Part shown: positions 19,471 through 29,332 of the stretch, piece after piece | How the letters are laid out: each line of letters starts with the position of its first letter | Position numbering within the stretch: position 1 is the stretch's first letter | Assembly (NCBI GenBank): GCA_963728565.1 | Contig: CAVSLC010000013.1 | Coordinates: 384,001-448,000 of the forward strand | Direction: 5' to 3' | From: an uncultured delta proteobacterium | GTDB lineage: Bacteria; Desulfobacterota; Binatia; UBA9968 | DNA: 64,000 nucleotides | Program-made: the position numbers and the translations under genes | Notes under the pieces: generated by a model | Seen by the model: the letters and a program-made list of their open reading frames with translations, nothing else | The model's database searches: none | What the model was told of the DNA's origin: nothing

Positions 19471-20580
19471 ATGTTCGATTTCTTATTTCCCACAGAACCG
19501 TTTGGCGGCCAAACCTTGAGACTGGTGGCGCAAGCGCAGCAAGGCGGCGGCGATCTGTTCGATATCGCTCGAACCTGCCGAGATATCAAACCCGGAGATA
19601 AACCGAGTTGGGAAAAAGCCTGGCTCGAGCTGGCAGCGAAGACCGAAGCGGCCGCCACCGAAGCGCTGGCGGCCGGAAGAAGGATCACGGCGCGAGATTA
19701 TTTTTTCCACGCCAACCAATACTACCGCATGTCCGATGTGTTTCTCACCTATCAAGAGAATGACCGCAAAGCAGAACGCTTCCGCAAAGCTCAAGAGTGC
19801 TTTCGTGCCGGCGCAGGATTGAATAAGCCGGCCATCGAAGTGATCTCTGTTCAATGCGGTGAAGACGAGTATGATGGCTATTTCTGTCATCCCAACAACC
19901 CCGTGGCCGGTAAGTGGCCGGCGATTTTTTTTCTCGGCGGCGCCGATGCCTATGCCGAGGAGATCTACTTCGCTGCCAAGCTGATGACCGAACGGGGCTG
20001 GGCCGTGCTGCTGGTTGACACGCCGGGACGCGGCTCATCGATTTATCTCAAAAACATCGGCACCCGGCCGGATTACGAAGTCCCGGGCAAGGCCTGTCTC
20101 GATTACCTGATCTCTCGTTCGGAGATAGATCCGGATCGGATGGCCTTGATCGGCATCAGCATGGCCGGTTATTACGCGCCCCGTGTAGCCGCATTCGACA
20201 AGCGCATCAAAGCTCTCGTCGCCTGGAGCGGTTGTTACAGCATTCTCGACGATCTCTACGATTTCTGTCACCACTTGCAACCGACCGTGCAGCGCTTGCT
20301 CGGCGGAGTCAGCCACGAAGAGGCCCGTAAGCGATTGCAAGATTTCACCATGGCGGGTATCGCACGTAACATCACCTGCCCTACTTTGATTACTCACGGT
20401 GACAAGGACACTTTGATGTCGGTTGAAGGCGCCAAACGACTGTTCTCGGAAATTGGCGCCAACGACAAAACTCTCAAGATATACAATGAGGAGGATGGCG
20501 CCGGGCGGGTTCACTGCAGCCATGACTATTGGGCGCATAACGTTCCCTACATGCTTGACTGGTTGGAAGAGCGCGTCTGA
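19471..20580 (+). CDS. Alpha/beta hydrolase, 2,6-dihydroxypseudooxynicotine-hydrolase/FrsA-like
   Basis: GGADAYAEE, DTPGRG, GISMAGYYAPR nucleophile elbow, HGDKD, HC; GAGG RBS before ATG 19471. Confidence 0.82.
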   Translation: MFDFLFPTEPFGGQTLRLVAQAQQGGGDLFDIARTCRDIKPGDKPSWEKAWLELAAKTEAAATEALAAGRRITARDYFFHANQYYRMSDVFLTYQENDRKAERFRKAQECFRAGAGLNKPAIEVISVQCGEDEYDGYFCHPNNPVAGKWPAIFFLGGADAYAEEIYFAAKLMTERGWAVLLVDTPGRGSSIYLKNIGTRPDYEVPGKACLDYLISRSEIDPDRMALIGISMAGYYAPRVAAFDKRIKALVAWSGCYSILDDLYDFCHHLQPTVQRLLGGVSHEEARKRLQDFTMAGIARNITCPTLITHGDKDTLMSVEGAKRLFSEIGANDKTLKIYNEEDGAGRVHCSHDYWAHNVPYMLDWLEERV

Positions 20581-20588
20581 AATTAAAC

Positions 20589-20714
20589 TTCAAAACGTTC
20601 AAGCTGTTTAAATCGTTCGATCCCCCACTTGTTTTTCTCCCTCGTGTCACGGGGGAGGACTTAAGGATGGGCTTGACGGAGCGCAGCGGTTGAGCGACTT
20701 AAACGATTGAACGG
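20589..20714. repeat. Composite palindromic intergenic repeat (TTCAA 9-mer arms with nested GC hairpin)
   Basis: Left arm ttcaaaacg-ttcaagctg-tttaaatcg-ttcga; central tctccctcgt-gtc-acgggggagga; right arm ttgagcgac-ttaaacga-ttgaacgg. Confidence 0.55.
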
Positions 20715-20739
20715 TTATCTATCTCAAGGAGGAATACTG

Positions 20740-22245
20740 GTGAGCGCAACAGGTAAAGACCAACAGTGGGAAAAAGAAACAGACGTCATCGTGGTCGGCT
20801 ACGGAGCAGCCGGCGGGATTTCGGCGATCACCGCGCATGATGCCGGCGCAAACGTTTTGCTGATCGAAAAGATGCCCCACCCCGGCGGCATTTCGATTCT
20901 GTCCGGCGGCGGCGTTGCGTTTGCCCATAACGCTGAGGGCGCCTTTCAATACTTGAAGCGCACCTGCAACGGCACCACCCCCGACGATATCTTGCGCAAG
21001 ATGGCTGAGGAGATGGTCGGCATGATCGACTGGGTTACCGATCTCGCCAAGGTTAGCGGTACCGAGCCGACCAAAACCGAGACTCGCGGCCACGGCACCT
21101 ATCCATTTCCCGGCACCAACGACATCGATTCGATCAAGCTCAAGGATTTTCAAGCCTACTCCGATTTTCCCTGGGCCAAGGGACTGCGCGGCGGCGCGCG
21201 GCTGTTCAAAGTCGTCTATGACAACGTCAAGCAACGCCGAATCGAGGTGATGCTATCGACGCCAGCCAAGGAATTGATCACCGGTGATGACGGGGAAATT
21301 ATCGGGCTGGTTGCCGAGCATGACGGTAAGCCGCTGCGGATCAAAGCTAACAAAGGCGTGATCCTAGCCTGTGGCGGATATGAGAACGATGACGCCATGA
21401 AGCTGCAATATTTCGAAGCGCAGCCGGTCTATCCGGTCTATCTCGGCAATACCGGCGACGGTATCAAGATGGCGCAGAAAGCCGGCGCCGGGCTCTGGCA
21501 TATGTGGCACTTTCACGGCGGCTACGGTTTTAAGTTTCCCGAGCTGCCGTTCGCGATTCGCCATGTCTGGGCCGGTCCGCGCAACGAGAACCGTAAAATG
21601 ATCTGGATCGCCGTCGATAAATTCGGCAAGCGCTTCATGGACGAATACCCGCCGGCGCCGCAGGACACCGGCACCCGGTCGCTGGAATTCTATGACGCCG
21701 ACATTCAGGATTATCCGCGCATCCCCTGCTACCTCATCTTTGATGAGGAAGGCAGAAAGTTGGGGCCCATCGGAATCCCCATCGTCAACGACCAGCGCTA
21801 CGACGCGACTTGGAGCGAGGATAATTTCGCCGAGATAAACAAGGGCTGGATCAAAAAAGGAAATTCCCTGGAAGATATCGCCGGACAAATAGATGTGAAT
21901 CCAAGAGTGCTAAGAGCGACGGTAGAGCGCTGGAATTCACTCTGCGAAAACGGCCAAGATAGCGACCACAAACGTCCGCCGAAAACGATGATGCCGATCA
22001 AAAATCCTCCGTTCTATGTCGTCGAAGCTTGGCCGATTGTGAATAACACTCAGGGCGGACCGGAGCATGATGTCGAGCAGCGCGTCCTCGATCCCATGAA
22101 GAAACCGATCCCAAGGCTCTATGTCGCGGGCGAGATCAGCTCGATCTACGGACATCTTTATCTGGAAGCAGGCAATATCACGGAATGCTTCGTCGCCGGC
22201 AAAATCGCCGGTCAGAACGCGGCGGCGGAAAGGGCTTGGGAGTAA
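20740..22245 (+). CDS. FAD-dependent oxidoreductase (FAD_binding_2; fumarate reductase/3-ketosteroid dehydrogenase-like)
   Basis: DVIVVGYGAAG, VILACGGYE, GNTGDGI, NTQGG, PIPRLYVAGE; AGGAGG RBS before GTG 20740. Confidence 0.88.
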   Translation: MSATGKDQQWEKETDVIVVGYGAAGGISAITAHDAGANVLLIEKMPHPGGISILSGGGVAFAHNAEGAFQYLKRTCNGTTPDDILRKMAEEMVGMIDWVTDLAKVSGTEPTKTETRGHGTYPFPGTNDIDSIKLKDFQAYSDFPWAKGLRGGARLFKVVYDNVKQRRIEVMLSTPAKELITGDDGEIIGLVAEHDGKPLRIKANKGVILACGGYENDDAMKLQYFEAQPVYPVYLGNTGDGIKMAQKAGAGLWHMWHFHGGYGFKFPELPFAIRHVWAGPRNENRKMIWIAVDKFGKRFMDEYPPAPQDTGTRSLEFYDADIQDYPRIPCYLIFDEEGRKLGPIGIPIVNDQRYDATWSEDNFAEINKGWIKKGNSLEDIAGQIDVNPRVLRATVERWNSLCENGQDSDHKRPPKTMMPIKNPPFYVVEAWPIVNNTQGGPEHDVEQRVLDPMKKPIPRLYVAGEISSIYGHLYLEAGNITECFVAGKIAGQNAAAERAWE

Positions 22246-22292
22246 TTTTGGGCGAGAGGTACGATCCGTGACGTCCTACTCAACTCGATGAT

Positions 22293-22514
22293 TTAGCCTG
22301 GGTTTGTCTGAATAATCGCCGGTAGCTTGTTGAGGGTGAGTCTTCTTGAGATCAACTTTTCGGCTAGCATTATCGATGTCAATGCCGACTAGATTTTCTT
22401 CAGCGTCATAATCGAGAACAACACCCTCAGTGATCTCTCGGCTTTCGACGCTCGGCCGCTCAGAAAGGTCGATGTAGAGCGAGTCCGCGTGTCGGCATAA
22501 TAATTGAGCTTCAT
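22293..22514 (-). pseudogene. DUF2283-family putative antitoxin, frameshifted
   Basis: Reconstructed MKLNYYADT-DSLYIDLSERPSVESREITEGVVLDYDAEENLVGIDIDNASRKVDL; two indels. Confidence 0.75.
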
Positions 22515-22692
22515 GGTTTGAATCCTCTATCTGGTAAAGCGTTGTGAAATCGTCACCTTGTCCTCCAACGTGATAACTCTCAGAATCCTGCCTTCAAGCT
22601 CCTCTATCTTGCCCCAAAACCGATAGCGGCCCGTCTTGCGATTCGGTTCTCAGCGGCTCTTCCAAAACCCTAATGCACCAATCCTTTTTCAC
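22511..22692 (-). pseudogene. Truncated toxin-like partner of DUF2283
   Basis: VKKDWCIRVLEEPLRTESQDG-RYRFWGKIEELEGRILRVITLEDKVTI-HNA..DRGFKP; stop overlaps the DUF2283 ATG (ATGA); N-terminus missing. Confidence 0.6.
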
Positions 22693-22872
22693 CTCGTCAT
22701 GGACGCATTCGAAATCAAAGTTGTCTTTCAGGAGATTGACCAAGAACGGATAGTGCTGCACCTGCTCATGGTGAAAGACCTTATCCCGCATCTGATCGGC
22801 AGGGAATCCTCCGAAATTTCGCGTGAAACCGGCGCCTGTGAGTTATAGCGATCCACGGATCTGCATTGCCAT
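22693..22872 (-). pseudogene. N-terminal fragment of a SIR2-like domain protein
   Basis: AAGGAG RBS, then MAMQIRGSL*LTGAGFTRNFGGFPADQMRDKVF...NFDFECVHDE; GAGF motif with an internal TAA. Confidence 0.5.
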
Positions 22873-23219
22873 TCAAGCCGCTCCTTTACACTAGCCACAC
22901 TGAAAGTCAGAACAGGCGGCTTTCTCTCTCGCTCTGATGTCTAACTGTTAACTGAGCCGCCAAAGGCGTCGACAAATGCCGATCCGCCTATCTCCGGCGA
23001 CGGCTCTGAAAATGAATACAAATCGTCCGCAATATCGATCGGACAGATCTTGTCAATGTAAGCCTTACGGAAAGCCAACCGCCGCGGCGGGTTATCTCAT
23101 GAACGGTGGCGGGTTATTTCGGCTGGCGCTCGGGTCGCATCAGCAATCAGCCGACTGTTAACGCCTCTCACGCGCGTAATTCATCGGCCGGAGAGGAACG
23201 ACACGCGAAGGAGTCGCGT

Positions 23220-24209
23220 TCACCTTTTCGACACCTGCTCGAAAAAACCGCTGTCGTCGAGCTTCTTCAGAATCGCGTGATTGATCACCATCTCCGGTTT
23301 CACTTTGGCAACCAACGGATCGGATTCGGCGATGAATTCGATCATTGACGCGATACTGGGGACGTCGACGTACGGCTTTGGCGCCATGACCTTGAGCGCT
23401 GCCTGATAATGTTCTTCAGCTTGCGCCACTCGCTCCAGACGCAGGTACTTGGCGATCACCTGCTTAACCCGTTCTTTATTTTTAGGATCCAAGCTGAAGC
23501 TGTTCCCCGCAACAACACCTTTCATTACTCTCTCGACGAACTCATTGTCGCTCTTCAATGTGCGCTCGCGCACGCTCACGGTTTGCTGCGGATAAGCAAT
23601 CGGCAGCTCTGTGAAATCGGCGATGATATTATTGCCCCGTTCTTTCAGCGATGGTCCCAAGCCGGGATTGACAATGATGGCATCGCTGCCTCCCGACTGC
23701 AGCGAGGCCACGCGCGCCCCTTGGTTGCCGATTTGCAGGATGGTAATTTGATCCCGGCGCGCGTCCAGTCCCCAGTGTTTCAGTCCGAGCAAAACCGCAT
23801 GATAGGACGCGGTGCCGGCCTGTGCCGCGCCGATGCGTTTGCCTTTGAGATCTTCGGGCTTCTTCATGCTTGGCGCGCCGATCAGAACGTAATTCATTTT
23901 GTTGACCGTGCCCGCGATCATCGTTAGATCGGCGCCCCGGGCTCGCGCGCTGATTACCGGTTGCCCGGCCATTCCCATAATCGGAATGTCCCCGGAAAGT
24001 AATGCCTGAGCGCCACGCGTGCCGCCTTCGATGAGGATCAAGTCCGCTTCGGTGCCAAAGCGCTTGAAGAAACCTTCCTCCTTCGCAACCCAAATCGGAG
24101 TTTGGTTCGCGCTAAATGAAGAATAGCCCATGAGGAATTTCTGCTGGGCCTGCGATTCTCCGGCGGCGAGCAGCAATGCGATGAGAAATACAGGTCGAAG
24201 ATGTTTCAC
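23220..24209 (-). CDS. ABC substrate-binding protein, NMT1/SsuA (NitT/TauT) family
   Basis: Signal peptide; PIWVAKEEGFF, DLKGKRIG, LDDSGFF; GGAG RBS before GTG. Confidence 0.87.
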   Translation of the reverse strand: MKHLRPVFLIALLLAAGESQAQQKFLMGYSSFSANQTPIWVAKEEGFFKRFGTEADLILIEGGTRGAQALLSGDIPIMGMAGQPVISARARGADLTMIAGTVNKMNYVLIGAPSMKKPEDLKGKRIGAAQAGTASYHAVLLGLKHWGLDARRDQITILQIGNQGARVASLQSGGSDAIIVNPGLGPSLKERGNNIIADFTELPIAYPQQTVSVRERTLKSDNEFVERVMKGVVAGNSFSLDPKNKERVKQVIAKYLRLERVAQAEEHYQAALKVMAPKPYVDVPSIASMIEFIAESDPLVAKVKPEMVINHAILKKLDDSGFFEQVSKR

Positions 24210-24269
24210 CACTACTCCGTCGCCATTGAGTCGTTGATTCAAAGTCGGTTCACGTGTTTCACTGCTGGT

Positions 24270-25361
24270 CTATGGATGCACATCTTGGGTAAACCAGTCG
24301 AGCGGCACTTCGCGCCCCAAGCCCTTTTCCTTGGCGGCTTCGAACACCTTGGCGCCAACGGCGGCAAACTGAACACCGAGGCCGATGTTGTTGACGAATC
24401 CGGTAATTTGCTCTGCCGTTTCCCGCCCCTTGATACGCCCTGTAATCAGTTCGGGTAACGTCGGCAGGGTTTTCCAATCGATGCCTCTTTGCATCGGATG
24501 ATCGCGGAACTCAAAACCGGGCTTTGCCATTTTATTCAGTTGCGACGAGGTGCTGTTGTTTTCCGTCAGATTGGTATGCACCACCAGCGGACGGCATCGG
24601 GCAAGCGCCTCATCGTTGGCTTCATCCCGTTGCATGCAGCTCAGATGCACGCCTTCGGCGAGCGCCTCCGGCCCGAGAAATGGTTTGCGAGCGTTGGTCG
24701 AGGTGACGATGATATCGACATCGCGAACGGCCTCTTCCTGCGAACTCACCGGCACGATTTCCACACCCACCAGCGCCGCCGTTTCAGCGGCGAACCTCTC
24801 TCGATTGGCCCGCGTCGGGCTATATACTTTGATCTTCTTGAGCGCGCGCGCTTCGCAAATGGCCATCACCTGCGTTCCCGCCTGCCAGCCGGAGCCGATC
24901 AGGCCGACGGTTTGCGCATCCGCACGCGCCAGGTATCTCGTAGCCACACCGTTAGTGCCGCCCACCCGCATGCGTTGAATGACGCCATCGTTCATGATCG
25001 CCAAAAGTTCCCCGTCTGCCGAGCTGAAAAGCAAGACAATACCCAGCCAGCGATTGCCCGGCAGAGCCGGTATCTTTTCCCGGCGCATGCCCTCCCCCGC
25101 TTGACGCCAAGCGACGATGTCAGAAGAAAATCTCAAGGCCGCGGTGCCGAAATGCGGCGACGCGCCGCTCATGCTTTTGAGATAGTGGGCCATGGGCGCT
25201 TCGACACTTTGTGCTGCCGAAGTCGGTGAATGGATATCGGTGCGTGAGGCCGCCACGGCTGTGCCTTCGCCAAGCTCCCGGTAAAGAATCTCCAGCGCAT
25301 CCATGCAGGTTTTCATCGTCAGGAGCTGTTCAACTTCTTCATTATTCAGAAATAGCGGCAT
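24270..25361 (-). CDS. Ornithine cyclodeaminase/mu-crystallin family protein
   Basis: QRMRVGG, VGLIGSGWQA, VYSPT, GLGVQFAAVG. Confidence 0.88.
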   Translation of the reverse strand: MPLFLNNEEVEQLLTMKTCMDALEILYRELGEGTAVAASRTDIHSPTSAAQSVEAPMAHYLKSMSGASPHFGTAALRFSSDIVAWRQAGEGMRREKIPALPGNRWLGIVLLFSSADGELLAIMNDGVIQRMRVGGTNGVATRYLARADAQTVGLIGSGWQAGTQVMAICEARALKKIKVYSPTRANRERFAAETAALVGVEIVPVSSQEEAVRDVDIIVTSTNARKPFLGPEALAEGVHLSCMQRDEANDEALARCRPLVVHTNLTENNSTSSQLNKMAKPGFEFRDHPMQRGIDWKTLPTLPELITGRIKGRETAEQITGFVNNIGLGVQFAAVGAKVFEAAKEKGLGREVPLDWFTQDVHP

Positions 25362-25430
25362 AACTTCCTCGTGCTCAGGCTGAGATGATTAGTCCGAACT
25401 GTCTCATCGTGACGAAGACAAGCATCTCTG

Positions 25431-26534
25431 CTAGTCCCTGATATCCTGCAGCAGCCACTCCGTCGGAATTTCTCGGCCTAAACCGCGGGCCTTCGCAAGC
25501 TCGTAAACTTTGCCGGCCACGGCAAAAAACTGCGCTCCCTGTATATTGCCCCTTTCTGAGTAGGTAATCTGCTTATTCGAGGTGCGTCCCTTCTTGTTGC
25601 CGCTTAACAGCTCCTCGAGAAGAACAGCGCGGTCCTCGGCAATTACGCCGTGCGCGCGTTTGCCCGCGCGCTTCATCTGAAAATCCGCATTATGGTCGGG
25701 GTTCGCCGCGTAGGTGATGTATTCGTCGGCAAGACCGAACTCCGGCAGCCCCCACGGATGGGGCGCATTGCCAAGCCGCAACGAGACATCGATGCGCTTC
25801 AAGGTATCGTCGTCAGGCTTGCCACCGACGCAGGTGACATGCGTCCCCTCTTCGAGCCATTTACCGATGACGATCGGCACTGATGAATCCGTGCAGCCCG
25901 CGACGATATGCGCGCCTTTATAGGCTTCTTTAGGCTGGCTCACGGGAACTACCTCGATTCCATACTTCTGGCTGACTTCTTTTGCGTATTCCTCCCGATG
26001 CGCTTTGGTCGGGCTGTACACCTGTATTCGTTTGATTTTTCTCGCTAAGAGAAACGATTCGACATGCGAGCGCGCCATCCCGCCCGAGCCGATCATGCCC
26101 ACGACTTCGGCGTCTTCACGCGCCATGTACTTGGTGCCGATGCCTGAGTCGGCACCCACCCGCATGTGTTGCAAGTAACCGTCATTGATCAGCGCCAGGG
26201 GTTCGCCGTTTTGAATACTGTTAAGCAGGATCAAGCCGCAGAATCTTCCTGGTGTTACGCAGTATTTCTCCTGAGTGATCGCACCCTGATATTCCTGCTC
26301 ATAGATAACATCGGACTTCATGCGAATCGCGAAATAGCCGGACATCGATCCGCCTTCCATGGTGCCCCATTGGTAAACCTTGTTGGGGTCCTTCGTCGGG
26401 ATCTGAATGTCGATACGAGGGCGGCAGACCGCCTCCTGGCGGGTCAATTCGGTATAAGCCTGCTCCAGCGCATTCATGGTGACTTCCATGGTGAGCACTT
26501 GTTTCACATCGTCGTTATTGAGGATAAGGGTCAT
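25431..26534 (-). CDS. Ornithine cyclodeaminase/mu-crystallin family protein
   Basis: QHMRVGA, VGMIGSGGMA, VYSPT, QGAQFFAVAG; AAGGA RBS before ATG 26534. Confidence 0.88.
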   Translation of the reverse strand: MTLILNNDDVKQVLTMEVTMNALEQAYTELTRQEAVCRPRIDIQIPTKDPNKVYQWGTMEGGSMSGYFAIRMKSDVIYEQEYQGAITQEKYCVTPGRFCGLILLNSIQNGEPLALINDGYLQHMRVGADSGIGTKYMAREDAEVVGMIGSGGMARSHVESFLLARKIKRIQVYSPTKAHREEYAKEVSQKYGIEVVPVSQPKEAYKGAHIVAGCTDSSVPIVIGKWLEEGTHVTCVGGKPDDDTLKRIDVSLRLGNAPHPWGLPEFGLADEYITYAANPDHNADFQMKRAGKRAHGVIAEDRAVLLEELLSGNKKGRTSNKQITYSERGNIQGAQFFAVAGKVYELAKARGLGREIPTEWLLQDIRD

Positions 26535-26547
26535 AGGTTTCCTTTGC

Positions 26548-26589
26548 ATGACTACCGCTCAAAATTGTATGACTACGGCTCAAAATTTT
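26548..26589. repeat. 21-bp tandem duplication upstream of the OCD gene
   Basis: atgactaccgctcaaaattgt / atgactacggctcaaaatttt (2 mismatches). Confidence 0.8.
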
Positions 26590-26761
26590 ACCGGCTTGCG
26601 CGCAGCTTTGGCGCCTGCCGATGTCGAAGACAGGAAAATTATTCGCGCCAAGTCGCCAAGGCCCAAGCTGGAATCCTTGTTCTTTACCTTGCGCCTTCGC
26701 GTCTTTGCGGAAAATCATCCGTATGAGGTTACAGCTTAACGATCCGCTTGGTTGTTTGCGC

Positions 26762-27763
26762 TTAAAGCTTTTTTCCCCATAGCTTGGTAAAGAACCCTTC
26801 ATCAATAAGTTCCTGCACCAGAGTGTTGTCGAAGAACTGCTCGGGTTTGGCATTTCTAGCCTTGGGATTTTTCTTGCCGATCTCATCCAGGGTAACTTGA
26901 AAACCCGCTGCTTTTACCAGCGGAACCTTCTCTATGAAGTCGAGACCGTAAACCACGCTGCCATCGAGCATTCCTTGGTCTTTGATCTTGGTATAGCGGC
27001 TAAAGATCGCCTTGGTTTCTTCTCTGCGCGTATGCATGAAATGAACGGCCCTGGAGTAGGCCCGCACGTAAGCCTTAGCTTGAGCGCGGCGTTCGCGCAC
27101 GAATTTACGAGTGGTCGTGATCCCGACGTGCAGAAACGGAATATTCTCCGTCGCGAGATTGGCTAGGATGCGCGCGCCGCCCTGCTGGGCTAAATAAGCC
27201 ATCGGCTGCGACATGGCTGCGGCATGGATGGTCTTCTTCGAAAGAGCCGCGGCGATCTCGGGAAGACCGCCGATCTGCACCAACGGCACGTCGCGCACCG
27301 GCTCGAGTCCATATTTGGCCAGAAACATGCGAATGCCGACATCGCCGGAAGCGCCGAAGCGTGTCACGCCCACCGACTTGCCCTTGAGATCGGCGATGGT
27401 TTTAATTTCCGGCGTCGCCATGATGTAGAAGGCTACGACATTGGTGATGCCCCCCATCGCCACCAGATCACCGCCCTGAAGGCTAACGTCGGCGATGACC
27501 TGACCATTAGCCGGTGAGATCACCACCTCTCCCGCAAGCGTTGCCTGAGCTACCGTGGAAGAACTGGGAATATAGACAAGCTCCGTTTCCAAACCTTCCT
27601 GTTTGGCAAAGCCGGCATCCTGAATAATCCAAAATGGCGCGTTAAGAGCGCTGACCGAAGAGTAGGCATGAACGAATTTCTGCGCATACGCGGAGCGGTT
27701 CAAAAAGAGAACTGCAATCGCCATCAGAAACAGCGCTAGAGGATACTTCGAAATTCTTATCAT
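26762..27763 (-). CDS. ABC substrate-binding protein, NMT1/SsuA family
   Basis: Signal peptide; DLKGKSVGVTRFG; ELIDEGFF. Confidence 0.87.
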   Translation of the reverse strand: MIRISKYPLALFLMAIAVLFLNRSAYAQKFVHAYSSVSALNAPFWIIQDAGFAKQEGLETELVYIPSSSTVAQATLAGEVVISPANGQVIADVSLQGGDLVAMGGITNVVAFYIMATPEIKTIADLKGKSVGVTRFGASGDVGIRMFLAKYGLEPVRDVPLVQIGGLPEIAAALSKKTIHAAAMSQPMAYLAQQGGARILANLATENIPFLHVGITTTRKFVRERRAQAKAYVRAYSRAVHFMHTRREETKAIFSRYTKIKDQGMLDGSVVYGLDFIEKVPLVKAAGFQVTLDEIGKKNPKARNAKPEQFFDNTLVQELIDEGFFTKLWGKKL

Positions 27764-27895
27764 TAATGGCTCCCCTGGATAGAGTGTCTGCCAAAGGTTC
27801 ATCCAGCTGTACAAACGGCTTGCCCCCGTGTCAAGCGAACGCATAGCGACTGGAAGTTTGCATTTCTCTCTTGAGCCACACTATAACGATTAACT

Positions 27896-29096
27896 ATGAG
27901 TATTCGCGGCAAAGCAGCCATTGTCGGAATCGGCGAGACGCCGACGGATCGTCTCGGTTCAAAACCAGGCGAACCGCGTAAATCGAGCGCTCAATATCTG
28001 GCCTGGGCGATGCGTTTGGCGTTGGAAGACGCGGGACTCACTCTCAAAGATCTCAACGGGCAAGGTTTGGGGGTAACGATTCCCACCGCCTATCCACAGC
28101 CGTTTTGGCCCGAAGAGGTCGCGGAAATTCTCGGCATCACGCCGGGACTTCTGCTCGCCGGCAGCACCGGCGGCGCCGGCGCGGTTTCCCTTGTCGGCGG
28201 CATGGCGGCAGCGATCAACTCGGGTCTAATTAATATCGCTCTGTGCATCGGCGCGGCAGCCCCTTTCTCTGAACATTTCGGCGGCGGCATTCAACCCGGC
28301 GACATGCGCGATTTCGAAATTCCCTTCGGCACCATGGGCCCTAACAGCAAAATAGCCATGGTCATGCGCCGCCACATGCACCAATACGGTACGACGTTGG
28401 ATCATCTCGGCAAGATCGCCGTTGCCGGCCGTTATCATGCGAGTTTGAATCCCAGCGCCTACTTGAAAAAACCGATTACGATTCAAGATTATAAAGACTC
28501 GCGATTGGTTGCAGATCCGGTTCGGCTTCTCGACTGCGTGCTGCCGGCTAACGGCGGCAAAGCTTACATCATGGCGTCGCCGCGAACGAGCGAGAAACCT
28601 GCGCAAGCCGCCGGTTTATCTTCGAGGCTTCGGTGAAAGGAGCAATCCATCTTACGGACCGAGAGCCGGCTCTGATTCGCTGATCATGGGTGTCGCCGAT
28701 GCCGGCAGAGTCGCGATGGAAATGGCCGACGTCAAGCACGGCGATATTAGCTTCCTCGAACTCTACGATGACTACATTATCGTGGTTTACTTGCAGATCG
28801 AAGATTTGGGGTTTTGCGCCAAGGGCGATCTCGGCTTCTTTGAACGCACCGATTTTACGATCAGTGGCCAGCTACCGATTCAAACCGGCGGAGGCATGAT
28901 CAATTGCGGTCAGCCTTCGACCGCGGGTGGAACCATTCACGTGATCGAGGCGGTCCGGCAATTGCGCGGCGAAGCTGGCGAACGCCAAGTGGCCGGCGCC
29001 AAAGTAGGCCTGGTTACCGGCCTGGGAGTCCTGCCCTACGGCAAAAATCTCGGCTGCTGCGCCGTGGCGGTTTTCGATACAGAAGGTGATCGGTGA
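27896..29096 (+). CDS. Thiolase-like (SCP2/Ltp2-type) protein, frameshift near 28585
   Basis: AAIVGIGET, RHMHQYGTT, ASLNPSA, RLLDC, ELYDDY, QTGGG, EAVRQLRGEAGERQV across ORFs 27896-28636 and 28509-29096. Confidence 0.85.
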
Positions 29097-29161
29097 AAGC
29101 GCTCAGGAGCAGTGCAGATCTCTCTCTGTTGTTTTGCGTGCGGATGGCGCGAGCCTCCGGT

Positions 29162-29244
29162 TGTCATCCCGAACGGATGTGAGGGATCTTGGAGCGTTTT
29201 AATTTCGGCCCAAGCAGATTTCTCGCTGTGCGCTCGAAATGACA
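29162..29244. repeat. REP-like inverted pair (TGTCAT...ATGACA type)
   Basis: tgtcatcccgaacggatgtgagggatct ... agatttctcgctgtgcgctcgaaatgaca. Confidence 0.65.
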
Positions 29245-29332
29245 AACGAGAGCGGCTTTGTGACAAGTGATCAGTATTTTCTGACCTTGAACTTTTGAAC
29301 GGTTGAACGTTGAACCAACCCCCAAGGAACCT

